From assembly GCF_006345805.1 (NCBI RefSeq), contig NC_043000.1, positions 120,590,001-120,654,000 on the forward strand: DNA of 64,000 bases, in the 5' to 3' direction. Shown in pieces: positions 39,455 through 52,128 of the stretch. The DNA comes from Octopus sinensis. Taxonomy: Eukaryota. Each line of letters opens with the position of its first letter. Positions within the stretch are counted from its first letter, which is position 1. The translations under genes and the position numbers were made by a program. The notes beneath the pieces are model-generated. The model made no database searches. It was given only the letters and a program-made list of their open reading frames with translations, and had not been told where the DNA came from.

Positions 39455-40470
39455 TTTATGGAAAAAGAACATCCGGGTTCGTTGCTGCGTTGCAAAGGAC
39501 CTTTCAAATACTAGTATTGATACAGGAAAGAAAGAAAATTATACATAATAATGTGTCGCCAACCGATCTGTGCTGTTCAGTTTTTCACGCTGGGACGATC
39601 AAAAGAATAAGTGGGAAAAATACCAACAGAGATCTGGAACGCTCTATAATATTCCACAAGAGGAAAGATATGTCTGCAATTCCATTCATAATGGCTGAAT
39701 TCACTGCTTTCCTCGCATATAGAAGGTTGCGTATGACACTTCTGCTCGTCTCACAGCATGCGGGCATAAATCTGCTGGTGACGGTTGAGAAACTTCGTGA
39801 ATTTATTAAGGTAATAACAACAATTGCAGTAACGATGTGAAGTAGCAATAGTACAATGGAAATTACAATGTCTTCTAGACATTCACACCTACAAGGAAAC
39901 ATGGTTATAAAATCTCCTGGGAAAATCAAACAAAAGGAAAAGAGAAGAGCAAATTAACAATAACGAAATAGAGAAAAAAGCTGGCACAAGAAGCTAGTAG
40001 TAACAAAAATAGCGGCCTAGTAAGGCGGCGAGCTGGCAGAAGCGTTAGCACCGCGGGTGAAATGCTTACCGGTATCTCGTCTGCCGCTACGTTCTGAGTT
40101 CAAATTCCGCTGAGGTCGACTTTGCCTTTCATCTTCTCGGGGGTCAATAAATTAAGTACTAGTTATGCACTGGGGTCGATGTAATCGACGTAATCCGTTT
40201 GTCTATCCTTGTTTGTCCCCTCTATGTTTAGCCCCTTGTGGGTAATAAAAAATAAGAAACGAAAATAGCGGCCTAGCACTAATTGAAATTATTCTTTGGA
40301 TGGCATTATTTCTATAATAAATTGTAAGGCGTTTGAGTTGATTTCGATGTTAATTTTATAACTAGCTGTTTATCTTTACCTCCTTCACTCACGGCTGTTA
40401 TCTTCAATCAGTAACTTATTGGGAAAATAGCAACTATTTTGCTTGCAAATACTTTAACATTTCCTGTATA
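39455..40470 (-). pseudogene. possible decayed intronless class A GPCR pseudogene
   Basis: Ordered minus-strand peptides TGNVKVF, ITAVSE, AIQRIISISARPL, VIVNLLFSFPF, a Cys-containing loop, IVISIVLLLLHIVTAIVVITLINSR and FFLSCINTSI*KVLCNAATNP; stops, frameshifts and a SINE insertion. Confidence 0.33.
40024..40255 (+). mobile_element. family M SINE with 19-bp TSD
   Basis: aac(a/g)aaaatagcggcctag at 40002-40020 and 40258-40276. Confidence 0.92.
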
Positions 40471-42251
40471 CGGTAGGTAATTCATTAAACTGTCAGCATT
40501 CTAGAACCATCATCATATTAAAACCATCTATCATCTTTTATCCCGGGGATTTGGATTCATAAAAAAAGCGAAAACAAGAACAGGATGATAAGTGAATCCT
40601 CACAAATGCAAATAGTTGATTCGTTGAAGTTTCCATCACCGTATATTTCTTCATCATCTCTACCTTTACCTGTAGAGAATACGATTGTGTGTGTCGTTTG
40701 TTTGAACGAAACACTTTCGATTTTTTCTGTTCAGTAGCCCCATGTTGATAGGTACGAGGAAGTAAATCCATATAAAAATTTAAAAAAATTACGCAGCCAT
40801 GAAGTACGGTCATGTAAGCGCAAGCGATACTCCGCGCATTTTGGGCAGTTGACAATTATCAATGGTTTCTGAGGCGTGATTTTGAGGAACAAGCAGAATA
40901 TTCACTTGATCACCGATCTATGTTATCCCATCAATTCTTGATAAGTAAAACACACTTCACCATTAAGTCCGTAGCGTAATCAAATTCTAAAATTAAGGGA
41001 AGCAAGCAAATACCAAAAGGGCTCTATAACACATTACATTTTTTTCACTTATTTCTCGTATACTACACGACATATTTCATTAGTTATAATGTACGTTATT
41101 TTATTTTATTTTACATTCATTAATTTCAATGGTGACAATTCCATTTTGTATGAAACTTGTAAGTTCTGATATAGATATGACATGAAAAAGATGAAACTCC
41201 AGTGGGATCGTCCTATGTTGAAAGGTCATGATGTCAGGCCTTGTCTTGGTTCTGTAGTTGTCACAACATACAAATACATCACGGTAGATTGGATAAACAG
41301 TTCAAAAACACAGGAGGCTGGTAAAATAAAGTGACTCAAGAAAGTTCTTCCAAGACCATGCGATTAACAAAAAAAAAAGAGCAAGAAAAAATCGGCGTTT
41401 ATCGCAGAAATAAATTAAATAGTTTGAAAAATTGTTGAAAAGGCGCCAATTTTTTAAACTGTTTTCGGGGAAATCAGTCGCTGCCTTCGCTTCCCTATTA
41501 GCGATGTCTCCGAATTGAGTGTACTGTTTTATCCCGGATCAGTGATAACTGAATCAGTGGTAAATGAGGCTACGTATATATTATGGCGATGTGATTCCTA
41601 AACTCATTTAAATTGAAAAATTACCACGAGAATAATTTTAGAAAAAGATAATTAAACAAGTGAAAACACAAAATGAATGTCACCATGTACCTCATGAGCG
41701 CTAAGTTAAAATAAAACAAATAAGTGTGTGAAATAGAAGTAGAACGAAGTCAAACATTTAGCGGTTTAAAATTTTTTCGTTCTTCATCCAAGCTAAACTC
41801 TTTTTTTTCATATTATCTTGGAATCAGATGTCCAAATCTCGTGGAAAAACAAACACAGAATTTGAACACAAATGAATTGTTGGAATTTAACAAACGTACC
41901 AACTGACATTTAATAACAATTGATTAATCTCAGATGGACAATATATAGATGCAGCAGAAATCGTACTAAAATATAGCATAAAGCAATTCAGCCTACACCA
42001 TAAAAGATATGAAGTAAGCGTAAACAAGGATGCAACATTGCCAAATATTAGAAATAATAGGGTAGAATAATTGCAACCAACAGAAGTGAATGAATGTTTT
42101 CGTTTAGAAAATAGGATACATAAAGCTAAAATAAATTTGGGAGCTAAAATTTACACAAATGGAAAACAAATTATACGTTCTTCGAAATATATATATGTGT
42201 ATGTGTGTGCGTGCAAATATATCTCTATAAATATATATGTATGTGTATATA

Positions 42252-42292
<41 letters not shown>

Positions 42293-42428
42293 AAATATGT
42301 ATATATATGCAAATATATGTGTAAATATATATATATATATACATAAATATACATATATATATACACATATATATATACGTACGCACGTACATACATATAT
42401 ATATATATATTATATATATATACATATA

Positions 42429-42476
<48 letters not shown>

Positions 42477-43527
42477 ATATGTATATGTATATGTATAAAG
42501 CAGGTCCCTAATCGAAGATGTTAAGCGTGCATTAGATATGTTTATAGAGCAAATAAATGGAAGAAAGAAAACAACGGGAAATCAGCAAACTTCGAAATAA
42601 GGGAGAAAGCTAACAACAACAAAAACAGAAAAGTTTAACACATCTGATTTGGAAAGAAAGGATTAAAAAAAGAATATATAAGACGAGAAATGATAAAGGC
42701 AGCTAGAATAAGTTCGTTCCCAAACGGTACACTAAAATGTCAAGCTTTCAAAACAAAAAATAAATCAATATTACGTGGATGAAGATGATTCTGTAAAATC
42801 GCAAAGGGAAAGGAGAGCAACGAAAAAATATCAAAAACCTTATCTGATGTAAAGCAGAGTGTGGGCAATACGCTTATTTGCAAAACGAATCAGTCAATTC
42901 AAATAAAATAAAATGTTTCCGGAAAGATAACGGAAAACTTTAAAGGGAATTAAACAACAAAACTATAACAAATAATATCCGAAGTAAGCGGCGAGCATAA
43001 ACGTTTTGAAGTAAAATGCGGGACATAAAAATCCTATAAAACAAGGACATCGATAAAACAAAGCGAAAATGTGTACCGCGTGTCAAAAGAATGCGTGGAC
43101 ATCCCAGCGAGAAACAATGGAAGCCATAAAAGGAGAAGACAGCTCCAAATTACCTGCAGTTGAAAAAAAACCCAACAAAAATTGAATTTCTAATAAATGT
43201 TTACATACCTCGGAGGGGCAATTTATAGGAGCATCCGTTCTGTTAGACATAGTTGGCAATTATGCCATAAATACACTGTAGAGCAGGCAGAACTAACCTT
43301 TGTTTAGCAGTAGGCCTTATGCTATGTTCCTCAAATCTGTCATTAATAATCTCGTATTGCAATCACGTGGCTTCAGGTTCAGTCCCTCTGCGCTGCACCT
43401 TGAGAGATTTCTATTGTGGCCTCGGATTCTTTAATGCCTTGTGATTGGATTTGGTAAACAGAAAACTGTGTAAAAGCCTGTTATATATATATATATATAA
43501 TATATATATTATAATATGTACATACAG

Positions 43528-43579
<52 letters not shown>

Positions 43580-43587
43580 ATATTATA

Positions 43588-43630
<43 letters not shown>

Positions 43631-43748
43631 AGTGGTATAACAACGCACCAATGTTTATAGGAAATAGTTGTCCATATGAATGTATGTTTGTATGTATGTC
43701 TATGTGTGTGTTTGTGTGTGTTTGTGTATGTGTGTGTGTGTGTGTGTA

Positions 43749-44113
43749 GGCGCAATGGTTCAGTGGTCAGGGCAGTGGACACGCGGTCGAAGGATCGCGG
43801 TTTCAATTCCCAGACCGAGTGTTGTGAGTGAAAACACCTAAAGCTCCACGAGGCTCCGGCAAGGAGTGGTGATGATCCCTGCTGTACTCTTTCGCCGCAA
43901 ATTTCTCTCACTCTTTCTTCCTGTTTCTGTTGTACCTGTATTTCAAAGGGACAGCCTTGTCACACTCTGTGTCACACTGAATCTCTCTGAGAACTACGTT
44001 AAGGATTCACGTGTCTGTGGCGTGCTCATCCACATGCACCATTAATTTCACGAGTAGGCTTTTTTGTTGATTGGATCAATTGGATCCCGCGTCATGGTAA
44101 CCGACGGAGTGCT
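43749..44113 (+). mobile_element. tRNA-derived SINE (family K), full length
   Basis: A box tggttcagtggtc, B box ggtttcaattccc; colinear with 49515-49877. Confidence 0.85.
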
Positions 44114-44164
44114 ACGATATATATATATATATACATAAGCAATAAGAAATCTCTGAGCAATTGT

Positions 44165-44209
44165 CACACACTGATGACGAGTCAATATTCAGAAACCCGG
44201 ATCCGTGTG
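44165..44209 (+). ncRNA. minimal hammerhead ribozyme (decayed), same family as 1914-1958
   Basis: cacaca-CTGATGA-c gagt caat attc a-GAAAC-ccgg-ATC-cgtgtg; downstream sequence is homologous to 1960-2030. Confidence 0.65.
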
Positions 44210-44310
44210 TAACACATCAGGTTGAAGATGGGAAGGATGACTTCCCTTTGCAAATACTGATAGGGCACAGAATGTGTGACAATCGCCACACTTAGATATC
44301 TGTCTATCTA

Positions 44311-44387
<77 letters not shown>

Positions 44388-44408
44388 ATATCTATCTATC
44401 TATCTATC

Positions 44409-47103
44409 TAGAGTAGAGGGTGAGCTAGTTAAGAAGCTAGAAGAGGCAATTTGAAGCGGCATCGCATCCGACGTTTTGGCAGCGAGATTGGCCCTCGACC
44501 AACACTTCAACGCCAAACACGAAGGGTGTGCTGTCAGAGCTAGGATGCGTGCTCTAAGGAACCAAGGTGTTGGAGCCGCGAGAGCAGCCCGGGTGGCAGG
44601 TCGCAACAGGGTAACAAAGCCACCATTCGGTCTCTGGTAGATGAACAGGGGCGCGAATTGCTCGAGCCAAGTAAAATGTGTGAAGCCTTTCAGCAGCATT
44701 TTGCCCGACTGTTCGGGACGAGTGGCGGGCAAGAACGTAGGGTGGACTTCATTCCCTACCTACACAGCCTACCACGACTCTCGACAAGAGGGGCAGGGCG
44801 CTGCGAAGGTGTCATCACGGCGGCAGAAGTGCAGGACGCGATGGCAGAATGCTCGAGGGACAAATCGCCGGATTTGGGTGCAGACTTGAAAATTTTGGCC
44901 AAGGTGTTAGCCAAGAGGTTGGCGCTTGTCATCGAGAAACTGGTCGACAAGGCGCAAACGTGCGCCGTGCCGGGCCGGACCATCCATGACAACCTCCACC
45001 TGATGCGCTACATCATAGACAGGGTAGTTAACGAACCTGGCATGGGTGGGGCGCTGATCAATTTGGAAAGCTTTCGATAGGGTAGACCATCGATACTTGG
45101 AGGCTGTCCTCAGAGCGGCTGGCTTAGTTCCCGTCTTCCCCGGCTGGACAGCCGCTTTGTACAGAGGCATCCGTTCGGTAATTCGCGTAAATGGACATCT
45201 ATCGAGACCTTTCGACATTGCACGTTTGGTCCGTCAGGGATTCCACCTCTCGTCGCTTCTATACGTATTGACTCTCGAGCCATTATTGCGGAAGCTGGCA
45301 ACTCTGAGGGGCATCCCGTGAGAACTGGGATGCGGGACGAGCGTGTCTGCATACGCGGACGACGTTACCATCATAGTGTCTAGCCACGAGCATATCGAGC
45401 AGGTCGGCGAGACACTGAAAGACTACAAAGTGGGGACAGGAGCGAAAATCAACAGGGAAAAGTCAGTGGGATTGCAACTAAGCACCTGGAGAAGCAAGCC
45501 CATGCCGTCCACCAGCGCCTCCGTTGTGGGACGCTGCACCGACGGTCCGGTCGAGTTGGTCAAGGTCTGGTTCGGTCCGGACCTGGAGAGAACTGGAACG
45601 GGATAACGAGTAGGGTGGTCACTCTCGCCCGGCCGAGAGGAAACTGTCCCTAAAAGTTCGGGCGGAGGTGGCGAACACGTACATCGTGTCCGTCATCTAT
45701 TACCGACTGACCGTCATGCCTTGTCCCGACCCTACCATCACCAAACTAGAACGCATTCTTCTTGTGGAAAGGATGCGTCCCGATGGTCAGGTGATCCATT
45801 TGCTGTCAACACCCGTTAAAAGGAGGACTGGGCATGCCGTGGTTGATGATGCGCAGACACGCGCTGAGACTGCGACATCTCAGGCTCTACGTAGACGACG
45901 GTGAACAGGTGCGGTCGCCGTTTGTGAAGCACGCTTTCCCGCAGCTCGTCTCCATGATCGAACTGCAGTCGTGGATCAAAAAGAGGCCGAGGAAGGGCGA
46001 ATGGCACCGTGAGTGTCGCGTTGCTCTCAAGCAACTCTGCCGTCCCGGGTCGACCTTGAGTGACTCCATCACAACCCAAGCATTCTATAGGGGATTAGTG
46101 GAGGGGAGGTACGACGACGGGCTCGGGGCGAACCTGGACGTCGACGAGGAATACCTGACCCGCCTGTTCGGGATGACTTTCGGGCCAGGGCCCATGGACA
46201 ACTTCCAGAGATCCCTGGCCTGGCAGTGCTACCGAGAAGCGCTACCCGTTCGGGATAAGCTCTACAGACACGGCTCGAGAAACACGGGGCCGACTTGCCC
46301 GAGATGCGGTCAGAGCGACGAAACCGCTCTGCACGCACTCGTGCAGTGTCCAACAATTTCCGACCTGTGGGCTTATGTCGAACAACTGCTGTCACGTGTG
46401 GGACGAGTAGGTTTATCAGCTGAGTCTATCGTCAATATTGTCACGCCTCCTTCCTTCAAACGGGAAGGAAGAGCTATTTTCATCATCCTTGTGGCTATGG
46501 CGAAATAATGCATCTGGTGGACGCGTCTGAAAGGATTAGAGACAAACACTTTCCTCTCTGGTCAATCTCCCATCAACTTCTTCAAGTACCACTTGAAAAG
46601 GAAAGTGAGAGTAGAGAGGCAAGTTTTGTCTAGCGAATGTTTTAAAAAAAGATGGGTGAATGTAGCAAGGACGGCACGTATGAATGACGAAGCCACCTTG
46701 AGCATAATCCTATGAACCCAGAAATTGAAAACAGAGGGTTACCCACTTGCAAACAAATGTGGTAACATATAACAATATTGACCGAGGTTACCGTGGTCTT
46801 TGTCGTAGGCTTTTCTTCCCACGGATAAACCTTATCTGCTTACCCTTTACACCGTACATCATGACACTGTGATACACGATCCCTATTGATAATTTTTTTT
46901 CTTCTTTCCCTTTTTCCTCTTTTTTCTTCCTTTTTCTTTTTTCTTTTTTTTCGTTTCTTTTCCTTTTTTCTTTTTTTCTTTTTTCCCTTTTACGATCCTT
47001 TTTGATCGAAAACCTACGCCATTTTTTTTTCATCCCCCAAGAGAAAAGCTCTACCTTGTAATTTGTCCCATCTGTGTGCAGCCTTGTGTGGCCAATAAAG
47101 AAA
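44409..47103 (+). mobile_element. Tx1-like (L1 superfamily) non-LTR retrotransposon, 5'-truncated and frameshifted
   Basis: DLKILAKVLAKRL, QTCAVPGRTIHDNL, AFDRVDH, VRQG..LSSLLYVLTLEPLL, SAYADD, C-terminal CPRCGQSDETALHALVQC; T-rich 3' UTR ending aataaagaaa; (TCTA)n on both flanks. Confidence 0.92.
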
Positions 47104-47161
47104 CTTGTCTATCTAACTAACTGTCTACCTACCTACCTACCTACCTACCTACCTACCTACA

Positions 47162-47226
<65 letters not shown>

Positions 47227-47261
47227 GTCTATTTATCTATATCTATCGATCTATCTATCTA

Positions 47262-47466
47262 CGAAGGGGTGCTTAAAGGTTGCTGAATTTAAGAGTATCA
47301 CAAAAGGCCGGGTTCGAAGTCCAACTTTCCGAGTTCTTTTACAGGAGTTAAAATAAAGCTAAAAACCACAACAATAAGTATATGGATCTGAGAAGGGAAA
47401 TGATAAACAAACGACGCTCCAGTATTTTCATTTACCCAAAGCTAGGAACTTTTCAGCCGGTCATCG
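47262..47466. mobile_element. mariner-type MITE
   Basis: TA-cgaaggggtgcttaaaggttgctg ... ctaggaacttttcagccggtcatcg-TA, degenerate TIRs. Confidence 0.6.
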
Positions 47467-48162
47467 TATAAGATGTGTATGATATACGAGTGTATATATG
47501 TTCGCATATGTTTATGGTTATTAATTTAAACTACGCTGAACGTGCACAGAGTTTTCGGTGATGGTCTCAAAAACCCCGTGTACCGACTGTAGAACCTGCA
47601 ACCTGTTAAACCGAATAACCTAATAGTTTTACATTCGTCGTTTATAAATTAATAGAGACAAATTGTTGGGCCTTGTAGCCCGACGCCTGGATATTCTAGT
47701 CCATGCCGCTAGCCAGTGTCATAGACTTCTGGACCGGCAGGATGTTTAATTAGCTTTACACCTGGTTCCATCTGGATCTGCAGGTGTATAGAAGCGATCA
47801 TTCAGAATAGAGATTTAGGTAGTAGTAGTAGTACTATTAAAGATAATTGAATGATAAAATTGCAGTCGTGAACAATTAATTTCATAATTTATTCAAAATC
47901 CAATTAAAAATTCTTTTTTTAAACTGAATTAAAATATAATTTAATAAAATTGATAAAATCAGTCCGAAGATAATATCTTTTCATACGCATTTAGCTATTG
48001 TCTTCCATAATATATACTAACTACTTCAGTGTTCACTATTTTTGTGATTAGCTGTATCTTACAGTACGTCAGCTCAACACATTTCTCTTGCTAGTTTCTC
48101 ACTACTTACCATCTTCTATTCACTGCACACATTATGATATATATGATACAAATCTCAGCAAA

Positions 48163-48752
48163 GACAGCGAGCTGGCAGAGTCGTTAGCACGCCGGGAGAA
48201 ATGCATAGCCGTATTTCGTCTGTCGTTACGTTCTGAGTTCAAATTCCGACGAAGTCGACTTTGCCTTTCATCTTTTCGTGGTCGATTAAATAAGTACCAG
48301 TTACGCATTGGGGTCGATACATTCGACTTAATCCGTTTGTTTGTCCTCTCTGTGTTTAGCCCCTTGTGGGTAGTAAAGAAAGAGGTATTTCGTCTGCCGT
48401 TACGTTCTGAATTCAAATTCCGCCGAGGTCGACTTTGCCTTTCATCCTTTCGGGGTCGATAAATTACGTACCATTTACGCATTGGGGTCGATGTAATCGA
48501 CTTAATCCCTTTGTCTATCCTTGTTTGCCCCCTCTGTGTTTAGCCCCTAGTGGGTAGTAAAGAAAGAGGTATTTTGACTGCCGTTACGTTCTGAGTTCAA
48601 ATTCCGCCGAGGTCGACTTTCGCCTTTTATCCTTTCGGGGTTGATAAATTAAGTACCAGTTACGCACTGGGGTCGATGTAATCGACTTAATCCGTTTGTC
48701 TATCCTTGTTTGTCCCCGCTGTGCTTAGCCCATTGTGGGTAGTAAAGAAATA
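48163..48752 (+). mobile_element. family M SINE, one head plus three tandem body units
   Basis: Junctions aaagaaaga|ggtattt near 48384 and 48568. Confidence 0.92.
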
Positions 48753-49129
48753 GATATATATCATAAGCAGCATTTTTAAAAATTATTTTTTGGTTAGTTT
48801 CATGTGTTCACCATCTCGAATCACATGATTGTTGATATTTATAACTCTTACAGCTCTGAAAAAGAAGAAAAGAAACGTTACAGTGCTGCATTATGTGTTG
48901 AATTAGTAGAATCAGTAGAGCATCGCACGGAAAAAATGTAATCCAATGTATTTTCTGGCTTCTTGTAGTCGGAGTTCAAATCCACTTCGATCGATTTCGA
49001 GTTTTATAGTTTCGCGGTCGGTAATTAAATTTCGAACGTTAGTCGTTGGACTGGCAGAATTATTAATGTGTCGCTTGAGGCGAGTTGTCTTGCGATAGCT
49101 GTTCGGTCTCTTTGTGTTCTGACTTCAAA

Positions 49130-49440
49130 TATCGTTTAGCCTTCTTGGGTGATAGCCACAAATCATTTCTTGGTATGATATCATCGCCTAATCCTAGGAT
49201 GCTTTTTTAGCCGTGTCTATCTTGTTGCAAGCTTTCGTGGGAATGTGTTCGAATATAGAAATCTTTCTTTTCTCTCACCAGATTCGGAAGACTTTCGCTT
49301 CTGACCAAAGGGGTGTAAAAAAACTCTTGATCTTCCGGAAGTGAAAATTATCAATCTTGCATTAAGAGGGCTTCGAAACCTTTGGAACAATCTTTGTAAC
49401 ACAGGTCTTACCATGACTATTCACTAATGTGCCGTGGAAC
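49130..49440 (-). mobile_element. Tc1-like transposase N-terminal remnant
   Basis: RPVLQRLFQRFR...TSGRSR resembles the HTH plus RSGRPR motif. Confidence 0.35.
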
Positions 49441-49514
49441 TAAGGCGCTTTACGGTTACAAATAGGGAAACTGGGGTTTTAAAGATGTATCTATCTTAAA
49501 ATGTATATAGTAAC

Positions 49515-49877
49515 TGTGGTTAGGGTAGCGGCCTCGTGGTCATGGGATTGCGGTTTCGATTCCCAGACCGGGCGTTGTGAGTGTTTATTGAGCGAAAACA
49601 CCTAAAGCTCCACGAGGCTCCGGCACGGGGTAGTGGTGAACCCTGCTGTATTCTTTCACCACAACTTTCTCTCGCTCTTTCTTCCTGTTTCTGTTGTACC
49701 TGTATTTCAAAGGGCCAGCCTTGTCACACACTGTGTCACGCTGAATCTCCCCGAGATCTACGTTAAGGATACACGTGTCTGTGGAATGCTCAGGAACTTA
49801 CACGTTAATTTCACGAGCAGGCTGTTCCGTTGATCGGATCGACTGGAACCCTCGTCATCGTAACCGACGGAGTGCCA
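49515..49877 (+). mobile_element. family K SINE
   Basis: Colinear with 43749-44113. Confidence 0.88.
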
Positions 49878-51527
49878 CGTTATTTAGTAACTCGCAGGTG
49901 ATGTGAGAAAAATCATTCTATCGATTCGATCATTCGATACATGAATAACTGTGTCATAAAATAGCGTGTCAATAAGAGATAGTTATCTGGAAAGAGAAAT
50001 TAATTTCAACTATTTGTAGACTTCATTTTTAATCTGAAAGATAAGTAACTTTCAGATTAAAATGGCGTCTATAAAATTATCAAATATAATATTAATATTT
50101 TATTGTTGAAGACGTTCACTGATATATCTCGGATAATGTCTCTATTGCCTCGAGGAATTAATTTCCATTTCATATACAATGACATTATTTACAAATACTT
50201 CTACCTTTATATTTTTCTCGGTATTATGTGTCTGTTATTTGTTAAATGTGACTCGATTTGCAATGACTAATTCACGAGGAGAGAAAAAATAGAATTAAAT
50301 TTGTATGAGAAAATAAAAAAGATACTGAGATTTTCCGAGGTTCATTTACTGCTATTTTTACTTAAATATAAAACTAAAAAACGGAAGTTTATCAGTATTT
50401 TTTTTTTGTTTAGATTTTATTTCAATTATAATAACTAATCTCACGAAGCCATACAACTAGCATTGAAATTACAGAGCCTTCAGACAAGAACTGTTGCTGA
50501 TTCCACAGGGAGAAAATTACAGTTAAATTAGTTATACAGATTGTTAAAAGGTAAACAATAAAATACAAAAAAAAAACAACAAAAAAAATCAGATATTGCA
50601 AAAAGTAAAATAAGATATTTGTTTGCTAAAATTATAAATTCTGCTTTTCAAAGTTCTCGACCAAACATTTGCAGCTGGTGAGAAAGAAACAACACGCAAT
50701 GAAATAAGAAATAGAGACAATATAATGAAATAAACAGTTTAAAAAACAATCGGAAAGTGAAAGTAGGAAACAAAATGAAAACAGTAAATAAATTTACACC
50801 AGGCAGTCTATTAAATATTTACTGTTTCAATCTGAAAAAGACAGGCCGGTAACGAGTTAAATTATAAGAAGTCTAATGAATAACATTCGGTTGATAATGG
50901 GCTGTATGAAATTCCTTTCATCACGTTTTCGATTATATCGACGAATTTGTCACCTCAACGTTGCCAAGGATCATTGATAATATTGAATTATTTATCGCCA
51001 CACGTTTCATTTCACAGCTATAATTTTATCCTCCATGAAATACATAGATTTCCTGTTGTCTACGATTTTCTTTTTTCGACTGAGATATACAGACGTCTCG
51101 AAATTTTCCCTGAAAGAAGTCTTCCAGTGCTAACTTCTAGATAATATATATGATCTCGTATTGAGAAATAGAGCTGGCCATTTCAGCATCTAAAACTTCT
51201 CACTTACGGACAGTCGGCAAATCTGCAAAATGCAAAAAAGTGGAATAGTTTTTGGAACAATTTTTCTAGTTATTGCAAGACATTTATATGTTTAATTCTT
51301 GTTTTCCGGATTCATAGGGAAGCTGAATTTTTTATTCTTTCATTTAAAATAGTCAAGATAATCTTTGGAAGTATACGCGATAAGGATCCCATAATGATAT
51401 AATGTATTTCGATGCTATTCAGAGATGTTAGGGATCATCAGTATCACACTAGTTTGGTGAGCAAGAATGTCAGGAAGAACAGGTGGAAGGATTTCGTCAG
51501 TTGCATGTTTGCTGTTGGGATGGGACA

Positions 51528-52128
51528 AATATTCTTTTCTACTGTAGGCAAAGGCTCGAAATTCGGAGTGGGGGGGCGGGCAGTCGATTAGATCGACAAC
51601 AGTACGCAACTGGTACTTAATCTATCGACCCCCGAAACGATAAAAGGCGAAGTCGACTTCGTTGGAATTTGAACTCAGAACGTAACGGCAGACGAAATAC
51701 TGCTAAGCATTTCGCCCAGCATGCTACCGTTTCTGCCGGCTCGCCGCTTTACAGAGTTAGATATATTCTTTTCTGCTCTAGGTACACGGCCAGAAATTTT
51801 GGGGGAGGGGGCCAGTCGATTAGATCGACGCCAGTACGCAACTGGTATTTAATTTATCGTTCACGAAAGGGTAGAAGGCAAAGTAGAACTCGGCGGAATT
51901 TGAACTCAGAACGTAACGGTAGACGAAATACTGCTAAGCATTTCGCCCGGCATGCTAACGTTTCTGCCGGCTCGCCGCCTTACAGAGTTAGATATATTCT
52001 TTTCTGCTCTAGGCACACGGCAAGAAATTTTGGGACCGCGGCGGAATTTGAACTCAGAACGTAGCGACAGACGAAATACCGCTAAGTGTTTCGTCCAGCG
52101 TGCTAACGATTCTGTCAGCTCGCCGCCT
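51528..52128 (-). mobile_element. three tandem family M SINEs with the alternative 3' tail
   Basis: Monomers separated by a repeated ttacagagttagatat spacer; tail ...gtgcctagagcagaaaagaata. Confidence 0.88.

Noticed and set aside
39526-39810. Plus-strand open frame bounded by ...gatacag and aag|gtaata, a possible internal exon
   Set aside because: Weak polypyrimidine tract, no recognisable domain and no partner exons; the opposite strand gives a more coherent, though still weak, GPCR-like pattern. Not fully excluded.
41160-43250. A-rich blocks with faint piggyBac- or LINE-like peptide echoes
   Set aside because: Too degenerate to assign by eye.
43749-43825. tRNA gene candidates at SINE heads
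   Set aside because: A and B boxes are present but continue into SINE bodies; no complete cloverleaf or Pol III terminator.
48088-48482. Recurrent peptides such as RKDERQSRPRRNLNSER and LRSEFKFRRGRLCLSSFRGR
   Set aside because: Chance reading frames through family M SINE copies, not a protein family.
48163-52128. CRISPR-like repeat/spacer appearance of the SINE arrays
   Set aside because: Units are ~185-235 nt SINE bodies, spacers are identical or absent, there are no cas genes, and the context is eukaryotic.
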